Shown: positions 16,508 to 22,191 of the stretch, piece by piece | Layout: each line of letters opens with the position of its first letter | Numbering within the stretch: the stretch's first letter is position 1 | Source: a virus | IMG/VR virus record: IMGVR_UViG_3300042804_000010 | Length of the DNA: 36,614 nucleotides | Strand: one strand, 5' to 3' | Position numbers and translations under genes: made by a program | The notes under the pieces: model-generated | What the model saw: only the letters and a program-made list of their open reading frames with translations | What the model was told of the DNA's origin: nothing | The model's database searches: none

Positions 16508-16721
16508 GTTCGAAAAAGCGGCTAAAGATTTACCTGTAGAAGTTAGATATGACCCCATTGACCAAAAGACAGTTGAAGATTTAGTTTTTGCAGCAGAGCT
16601 AGAATTAGATATAGTAGAAGGCAACGAAATACATTACAGAGATATGGACGGCAGAACAAAAAGAGGGGTAAAAATCAGGCTTAGAAATTTCATAGAGGAA
16701 TATAAAGACAACTCAGTTTAG
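16491..16721 (+). CDS. Hypothetical small acidic protein (76 aa)
   Basis: ORF overlapping the previous gene by 17 nt (translational coupling). Confidence 0.45.
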   Translation: MQKMTEFEKAAKDLPVEVRYDPIDQKTVEDLVFAAELELDIVEGNEIHYRDMDGRTKRGVKIRLRNFIEEYKDNSV

Positions 16722-16746
16722 CAGCTAGATTTTCCTTTTCTAAAAC

Positions 16747-16769
16747 TTTTCGGCACTAGCTCGGCACTT
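16747..16769. repeat. Direct repeat copy 1 (ttttcggcactagctcggcactt) flanking the tRNA-like core
   Basis: Shares TTTT-GGCAC-n4-TCGGCACTT with 17018-17040; contains two CGGCACT units 11 bp apart. Confidence 0.5.
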
Positions 16770-16788
16770 TAGCCGGGCTTTTATTTTT
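16760..16788 (+). terminator. Candidate terminator for the plus-strand cassette
   Basis: ctcggc-acttta-gccggg stem (one G-U pair) followed by cttttattttt. Confidence 0.35.
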
Positions 16789-16789
16789 G

Positions 16790-16825
16790 CAAATAAAAAA
16801 AGGACAACCACGAAGGCTGTCCTGT
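16790..16825 (-). terminator. Rho-independent terminator (minus strand) downstream of the tRNA-like fragment
   Basis: Hairpin aggacaacc/ggctgtcct (9-bp stem, one mismatch, 5-nt loop) at 16801-16823, followed on the minus strand by tttttttattt. Confidence 0.6.
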
Positions 16826-16837
16826 TAGTATTCTTAA

Positions 16838-16887
16838 TGGTGCGCCCGACAGGATTCGAACCTGTGGCCTACGGATTAGAAGTCCGT
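16838..16887 (-). other. 3' half of a tRNA-Arg(UCU)-like sequence (anticodon arm, variable loop, T-arm, acceptor 3' strand, CCA); candidate attP core
   Basis: Minus-strand read ACGGA-CTTCTAA-TCCGT AGGCC ACAGG-TTCGAAT-CCTGT CGGGCGC A CCA; the upstream 5' part has only weak acceptor complementarity (GCGCAAG) and no D-arm, so it is not a complete tRNA. Confidence 0.6.
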
Positions 16888-16939
16888 AAGAGGTGAAATC
16901 TTGCGCTTTCTTATGTTTTCTTTTGTTGCGACATTTAGT

Positions 16940-16968
16940 AGTATATCAACACTTTTTGGAGTTGTCAA
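16940..16968 (-). promoter_or_regulatory. Near-consensus promoter on minus strand (TTGACA-17-TATACT) directed into the tRNA-like fragment
   Basis: Plus-strand tgtcaa at 16963-16968 and agtata at 16940-16945 are reverse complements of the -35 and -10 boxes with a 17-bp spacer. Confidence 0.45.
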
Positions 16969-17017
16969 GACTTTTTGAAAAAATATTTATTCTGATGTTT
17001 TCTTAAATTTTGGCACG

Positions 17018-17040
17018 AACTCGGCACTTCCTACATTATA
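17018..17040. repeat. Direct repeat copy 2 (ttttggcacgaactcggcacttc)
   Basis: About 19 of 22 positions identical to copy 1, with an exact TCGGCACTT 9-mer; the two copies bracket the promoter, tRNA fragment and terminator. Confidence 0.5.
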
Positions 17041-17187
17041 TATAGTGATTAATTGTGCTTGTTATATTCTTTAGCAGCATCAATCAGCTTTTGCTCAAAG
17101 TCTAACTTTTTCTTACCGAGCAATTCTCTACTGGTACGCGGCCTGTATTCAGCTTTTAGATTTTCTCCAAACTCATCATAATCGAAT

Positions 17188-17493
17188 TTATTTTGACTTG
17201 CTTCGAAACTGGCCTACCACATTCATTAGATCAACTATGACATCTATAGCTTTGTCGACTAACCCCATCACAGTCTCTTTTTTGAAAGGAAGATCTACAG
17301 TATTATCTGCTGCATCATAGACGGCTTCGACTAATTCAACAATTGCTCTCTTCTTTTCCGGCCCATGCTTCTTCCCATCGTCAGTGTCAGCCTCTTCAAA
17401 AATTTCAACGAGTTCTTTAACTTCTTTAAGTACTCCAAAAGCCACCTGAAAAACAGTCCAAATTTTACTAATTGTAGTTAACATATTTAACAT
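17188..17493 (-). CDS. Putative holin (N-terminal TM helix, charged C-terminal domain)
   Basis: 101-aa ORF with N-terminal hydrophobic LTTISKIWTVFQVAFGVL; last gene of the lysis cassette. Confidence 0.5.
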   Translation of the reverse strand: MLNMLTTISKIWTVFQVAFGVLKEVKELVEIFEEADTDDGKKHGPEKKRAIVELVEAVYDAADNTVDLPFKKETVMGLVDKAIDVIVDLMNVVGQFRSKSK

Positions 17494-17511
17494 CTCCTTT
17501 TAGTTTGATAA

Positions 17512-17904
17512 TTATCTATTATCCCATCTTGCTTTGTAACCGCGAACATCACAATGAACAAAACTATTATATTTTCCTATACCATCAAAACCAGCTTTTT
17601 CAGCAAAACTTGCCATTACATCTGCATCAACCCCAGCTGGCAACCTTACATCAGCTGCAGTTCCTTCCAGATGTTGAGATTTTTTTGCACCTCCTATCTT
17701 TTGATTATAAGCTGGAGTTCTGTAGCCTGAGTTAATTATAAGCGGTGTATCTTTACCTTTGTGATCAGAAACTAGCCCTCTCAGTATTTCTAGCTTTTTT
17801 GGAAGCTCTGGGTCTAGCTTAACTGATTGGGTTTCATCCCGGCATTGAAATTCCCTTAAATTAAAATGTTTAGTTATTTGAAAATCATTTACTGACATTT
17901 GCAT
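17512..17904 (-). CDS. Endolysin, peptidase M15 family (zinc D-Ala-D-Ala carboxypeptidase-like)
   Basis: ...FNLREFQCRD...INSGYRTPAYNQKIGGAKKSQHLEGTAADV...HCDVR: His/Asp zinc-ligand pattern of M15 peptidases. Confidence 0.75.
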   Translation of the reverse strand: MQMSVNDFQITKHFNLREFQCRDETQSVKLDPELPKKLEILRGLVSDHKGKDTPLIINSGYRTPAYNQKIGGAKKSQHLEGTAADVRLPAGVDADVMASFAEKAGFDGIGKYNSFVHCDVRGYKARWDNR

Positions 17905-18143
17905 TAACCTCCCATCAATTTTACAGCCATCCCAACAATCATACTAGACATTACAGTTATCATTACTGTAATAGTCCAAGTTGGTCTGCCCTGTAAATTA
18001 TCAATAATTTTAGCTATGTCTTGTTTCATATTTTGTATATCTCCCTCATCAATATTGTTAATATCTTTTTTTAATGATCTTCCAAACTCACATCCTTCTT
18101 TGTTTAGCGTTTCTGGATTGATTTCTGCGTGTCCATTCGCCAT
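17904..18143 (-). CDS. XhlA-like holin-associated membrane protein
   Basis: 79 aa; N-terminal charged/coiled region and C-terminal TM helix WTITVMITVMSSMIVGMAV; abuts the endolysin gene. Confidence 0.55.
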   Translation of the reverse strand: MANGHAEINPETLNKEGCEFGRSLKKDINNIDEGDIQNMKQDIAKIIDNLQGRPTWTITVMITVMSSMIVGMAVKLMGG

Positions 18144-18237
18144 AATTTCACCTCAAAATTTGTTTATTATCTATTTGTTAATTATTTACTTTTAAGTAAA
18201 TAAGTCCGCTTAAAAAGTTTATTTCCACTGGGTAAAT

Positions 18238-19332
18238 CTATATGCTTTTTAATTTTAGCCGGTCGCCTAAATCCAATTGCTCCAGTATATGATCATCTAG
18301 TTTGTTTATCACTGACATTTTTAAATTATAACTATCGCAATGTTTAATTATTCCCAAGTAGGAATTAACACTGGCATTAATATCCTCGATATCCACCTTC
18401 CCTTCAAAATATTTTTTATTAAGATATTTAAATCGCTTTTTCATTTTCTTTTTAGTACTTTTCCTCAATTTGCTATAACTCGGATATAGAACATATCCGC
18501 AAAAATCTATTCCTTCATTCACATGTCCAACAGTAGTTTTATTATTAAGCTGCAGCTGGAGATAATCTTCTAAAAATATTTCTATTTCCTGTCTGATTGT
18601 ATGAAGCTTCTTTTTATCTTTTCCCAAAAGTACAAAGTCATCCATATACCGGACATAGTATTTTACTTTCAAGGTGTGCTTTACAAACTTATCTAAAAAA
18701 TCAAGATAAATATTTGCAAAAAGCTGGCTCATTAAGTTGCCGATTGGTGTGCCAATCCCTTTAACTTTTTTATTTTCAAAGAAGTGATCACCTAACTGGA
18801 TACCAAACTCACCATCTTCACTTTTGATTATCTGCCAGATTAATTCCAATGTATCTCTGCAGCTAATTTTCCTTTTTATTAACTGAAATAATCTTTTATG
18901 AACTATCCTGTAAAAATATTTTGAAACGTCTGCTTTTAAAAAATATGTTTTTCCGGGCTTTCGGTCCATTATCCTTAACTTGTCCTGTAATTGATATGCA
19001 GTGAAATGAGTACCCTTTCCTCTGCGACAAGCCCCGCTATATCTGTAAAATGCCTTATCAAATATCGGGTAAAGCTTTCGATATATGCTCCACTGGACCA
19101 CTCTGTCTTTAAAAGGCAAAGCCATGATCAGTCTTTTCTTTGGCTCATAGACATAAAACTGCCTGTATTTTCCCTGTTCATATGTTTTCCACATTAATTC
19201 ATTCTGTATCTCAATTAAATTTCTCTCTAAATTATAATTAAATTTCAGCACTTCCGGTTTGTATCTTTTCCTCTTTTGAGCTTTTTGAGTTGCTATTTCT
19301 AAATTATGATAATCAGTAATTTTCTCAAACAA
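18238..19332 (-). CDS. Diversity-generating retroelement reverse transcriptase
   Basis: RT motifs FYVYEPKKRLIMALPFKDRVVQ, GTHFTAY, IGTPIGNLMSQLFANIYL (DGR-type SQ in place of the usual QGxxxSP), YVRYMDDFVLLG (YxDD); about 360 aa, as for Bordetella phage Brt; apparent TTG start at 19332. Confidence 0.9.
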   Translation of the reverse strand: MFEKITDYHNLEIATQKAQKRKRYKPEVLKFNYNLERNLIEIQNELMWKTYEQGKYRQFYVYEPKKRLIMALPFKDRVVQWSIYRKLYPIFDKAFYRYSGACRRGKGTHFTAYQLQDKLRIMDRKPGKTYFLKADVSKYFYRIVHKRLFQLIKRKISCRDTLELIWQIIKSEDGEFGIQLGDHFFENKKVKGIGTPIGNLMSQLFANIYLDFLDKFVKHTLKVKYYVRYMDDFVLLGKDKKKLHTIRQEIEIFLEDYLQLQLNNKTTVGHVNEGIDFCGYVLYPSYSKLRKSTKKKMKKRFKYLNKKYFEGKVDIEDINASVNSYLGIIKHCDSYNLKMSVINKLDDHILEQLDLGDRLKLKSI

Positions 19333-19586
19333 ATTTTTGACTGTCTTAGGAATAAATAATCACCACTCTCTATATATTAGGTGAAATATTCAAGCCCGCT
19401 CAAATGAGAACGGGCTCATAACTAATCGTGACAGCTTTCGATATTTCGCTACTTGCTATCTAATTAGTAATTCATATGTTTTCCTGGAGGGACCTCAAAA
19501 TGTATCTCAGGAAGGACTAAAGGCCTGTTCATCTTTTTGAACACTGCAGCAGAGGCCTTGACCCCATACTGTCTGATAAATTTGTA

Positions 19587-19703
19587 GATGAGCACAGGCG
19601 CCACGCACGCCAATGTTAGTGTTCACGTTCCACGGGTTATTGTTCGAGTTGACCGTCCGAGCACCGCAGATGCTACCATTGTTGAAGTTGCCACCGGCGA
19701 GGA
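19587..19703 (-). repeat. DGR template repeat (TR), 117 bp
   Basis: 102 of 117 positions identical to VR (20143-20259); all 15 differences are at TR adenines on the coding strand; carries 11 AAY codons in the VR frame. Confidence 0.9.
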
Positions 19704-19727
19704 CCAACGCCCTTAGCCCTATAAAAT

Positions 19728-20081
19728 TTATTTTTTATTTTCACAAGACTTAATCCAGCCACCCAGAAGGCGGCCAATTTCGTCTATTTTTTTGACTACA
19801 ATTTCATGTTTTCTTATAGATAAAAAATGCATATCTTTAGCAAGTCTAATTTTAACTTTTAGCTTTTTAAGTTCATCATCTATCCGGTTTAAAAATCTTA
19901 TCTTACTTCCTCGAGCTTCATTTGCATCTATTATCAATTCCATAATTCTATCTAATTTATTTTTGATTTTTGTACACATTGCAAACTTTTCTCTTTTTGG
20001 AAAATTATCAATTACTGGGTAAAAATAAAGAGTAAAGTCATAATGTTTTCTAAATATCACGAGATCATCTGTGTCTGCCAA
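19728..20081 (-). CDS. avd: DGR accessory variability determinant (Avd)
   Basis: 117-aa basic helical protein located between the target gene and TR, as in canonical DGRs; TTG start preceded by AAGGAG with a 7-nt spacer. Confidence 0.75.
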   Translation of the reverse strand: MADTDDLVIFRKHYDFTLYFYPVIDNFPKREKFAMCTKIKNKLDRIMELIIDANEARGSKIRFLNRIDDELKKLKVKIRLAKDMHFLSIRKHEIVVKKIDEIGRLLGGWIKSCENKK

Positions 20082-20131
20082 ATCATCACTCCTTCAAGTT
20101 CTAAACCTAACCAAAAACCATTATCAGATTA

Positions 20132-21169
20132 TCAGGCACTCTGATGAGCACAGGCGCCACGCACGCCAACGCTAGTGTTCACGTCCCACGGGCGAAAGTC
20201 CGAGCTGACCGTCCGAGCACCGCAGAGGCCACCACTGCTGAAGCCGCCACCGGCGAGGAGGCCAATAATAGCCACATTATTTTGCATGTAAGCTTCACCA
20301 TGCTGATAACCGCTGTCTTTACCTGCATTAAGCACATCATACCAACTGAATGAAGTTGAGCCAGTATTTCTATAAGTATACTCGTCTAATCTTTCCCAAA
20401 GGTTACCAGCGCAATCTACAAGGTTATAGCAAGAAACTGCTTGTTCTACAGTTCCAGTTGAAGTTCGACCTGAATTACTTGAACTAGACCAAGCGGCATT
20501 ATTATCATTTTCGTGGCCTTCTGGGCTACCATAGGCAGCCATTAACCATTCCTGCCTGGTTAATTTTCTTTTGTTGACATTTGCAAGACCCCTAATGAAA
20601 TCATAATCATTATAACCCTCAGTTCCTGAGACCGGGGTCGCATTGTATTCACTCACAAGTTCAGTTTCCGGCCAGGTTCCGCTGCCTTCACTTGCAATAT
20701 ATATATCAGCCCAAAAGTTTGATACCTTGACCATTCCAGTAGGGTCACAGGCAGGTCTGTAGTTCAATGACCAGACTGAGTTTGGCAGTATATTAACTGC
20801 AATTGAGGCTGTATCATCATATCTTTGAGCGTTTGTTCTGATGCGGCCATAATGAAAACCACCAATTTTTCTGCTATTATTTTCTGTATACCCGTCTGGA
20901 TAAGTAGAGTTGATAGAAATAACAAAATCGGGCTCTGCATCAGCTGATGGCTGCAAAGCATATATATAATAGTTTTCGCCAAGCGTGAAACTTACAAAAC
21001 TGCCGTCGCTATCAGCTTCAGTCAAAATAGTATCAGTTTCTTTTTTGAGATTCTGTCTATCAATTCTCAAAGCTAATGGAGGTACTGTAACTTCATCAGC
21101 TGCACTCTTTTCAATATGGCCTTTGAAATTGTAGAATGAAGGTGAATCAGCTCCAACAAAAGTTAACAT
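20132..21169 (-). CDS. DGR target protein: distal tail/receptor-binding protein with C-terminal C-type-lectin/FGE-like fold carrying the VR
   Basis: C-terminal ...SCYNLVDCAGNLWERLDEY...LLAGGGFSSGGLCGARTVSSDFRPWDVNTSVGVRGACAHQSA; VR occupies the last about 39 codons; last gene of the tail module. Confidence 0.85.
   Translation of the reverse strand: MLTFVGADSPSFYNFKGHIEKSAADEVTVPPLALRIDRQNLKKETDTILTEADSDGSFVSFTLGENYYIYALQPSADAEPDFVISINSTYPDGYTENNSRKIGGFHYGRIRTNAQRYDDTASIAVNILPNSVWSLNYRPACDPTGMVKVSNFWADIYIASEGSGTWPETELVSEYNATPVSGTEGYNDYDFIRGLANVNKRKLTRQEWLMAAYGSPEGHENDNNAAWSSSSNSGRTSTGTVEQAVSCYNLVDCAGNLWERLDEYTYRNTGSTSFSWYDVLNAGKDSGYQHGEAYMQNNVAIIGLLAGGGFSSGGLCGARTVSSDFRPWDVNTSVGVRGACAHQSA
20143..20259 (-). 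repeat. DGR variable repeat (VR), 117 bp, at the 3' end of the target gene
   Basis: Aligns to TR 19587-19703; the coding-strand 3' end is a GC-rich invariant segment ggcgtgcgtggcgcctgtgctcatc (IMH-like). Confidence 0.9.
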
Positions 21170-21474
21170 TGATCAATCACCTCCTGGACTTCATCAATTG
21201 TAAAACCTAATCGAAATATTTTTCCGTTTGGGTTATCAACAAGTTTGAATTGCACTATCTTTTCTGTCCCTTTTTCTTCCTGAGTCATAACCTTGTACTC
21301 AGGCTCAGGACCAGTTCTATCAGATTCTGCAGCAAGTTCTTTGTCAAACTCGTATTTTTTGGCTGTATTAAACAGCCCCTGGTATGCTCTTTTGACTTTC
21401 GCTGTATAACCAAAATCACTAATTATATTTTCATAGTCTTGTCTTGAGTTAAGCACTTTCGGGAATCCTCTCAT
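21163..21474 (-). CDS. Hypothetical tail-associated protein (103 aa)
   Basis: ORF between the tail tip genes and the DGR target; stop overlaps the target start. Confidence 0.45.
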   Translation of the reverse strand: MRGFPKVLNSRQDYENIISDFGYTAKVKRAYQGLFNTAKKYEFDKELAAESDRTGPEPEYKVMTQEEKGTEKIVQFKLVDNPNGKIFRLGFTIDEVQEVIDQC

Positions 21475-21477
21475 ATA

Positions 21478-22179
21478 TTATCTAACCTCCATTGCTAATG
21501 AGCCGTCAATCATTTTTAGCTCGTAAATATCGCCTGTTGTCTCATCTATCAAGTTGTTTTCTGGATTTGAGCCGTCCGGGCCAGCCTTCACAAGCCCATA
21601 TTCGACTTTCTGAATTGTTGCATCTATCACTGTATCAAACAGCACTATAGTTGTTTCATCATTGACTCCATCATAATTTGCTGATTCTACAGCTGAATAA
21701 ACTGAGCTTGCGTCTAGAGTTGCTTTGATTTTTCTATTAGTGACGAATGTATCTATATAGTCACCAGGCACTGTAAAAGTATCAGCGCTTACATAAGTTG
21801 CAGTTAATGCGCTGTCAATCCATTCAGTCATATTTTCAGCAAGGTCAGATTTGATAGTTCCGTCTTCATTAAGAGCAACTTCTAGCCGCTCCCAGAGAGT
21901 GTTTTTTGTTCCTCTCGAAACTCTTAAATCCTTAATATAAGGATTATATTCATTCTGCAGCACCCACTCAGACCCATTCCAAAACTTCATTTTTGCATTT
22001 GCCCAACCTTCCGAAATGTCTAACCAGGGCATCCCTTGATAAGTATCAGTTGGCGCTGTTTCTCCTGCAAATTGAGTAACAATAGCTAAAAAGTTGCCAT
22101 ATAAAACTTGTTTAAGGCCGGGACCATTAGCGTCAAGCCCCTCTTTATTTGTCGTTCTTATATCAAAATCTTGAGACAT
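21478..22179 (-). CDS. Hypothetical tail fibre/baseplate-associated protein (233 aa)
   Basis: ORF immediately downstream of the J-like gene; structural role inferred from position only. Confidence 0.45.
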   Translation of the reverse strand: MSQDFDIRTTNKEGLDANGPGLKQVLYGNFLAIVTQFAGETAPTDTYQGMPWLDISEGWANAKMKFWNGSEWVLQNEYNPYIKDLRVSRGTKNTLWERLEVALNEDGTIKSDLAENMTEWIDSALTATYVSADTFTVPGDYIDTFVTNRKIKATLDASSVYSAVESANYDGVNDETTIVLFDTVIDATIQKVEYGLVKAGPDGSNPENNLIDETTGDIYELKMIDGSLAMEVR

Positions 22180-22191
22180 GTCACCACTCCT

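Noticed and set aside
16838-16910. Complete tRNA-Arg gene
   Set aside because: Only the anticodon arm through CCA is tRNA-like; the upstream sequence has no D-arm and only 5 of 7 acceptor-stem pairs, so it is a 3' fragment (attP-type), not a functional tRNA.
17044-17211. 54-codon open frame downstream of the holin gene (ASFEASQNKFDYDEFGENLKAEYRPRTSRELLGKKKLDFEQKLIDAAKEYNKHN)
   Set aside because: No ATG or GTG start and no RBS; it could be a decayed gene remnant or chance ORF in the holin 3' UTR.
19507-19707. 66-aa track ORF translating to ...GSICGARTVNSNNNPWNVNTNIGVRGACAHL
   Set aside because: This is the DGR template repeat read in the VR frame, not an independent gene; there is no RBS and it mirrors the target C-terminus with Asn codons at the variable positions.
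20131-20145. Hairpin at the VR 3' boundary (atcag-gcact-ctgat) as the DGR retrohoming stem-loop
   Set aside because: The stem is only 5 bp and AT-containing, much weaker than characterised DGR hairpins; noted but not called.
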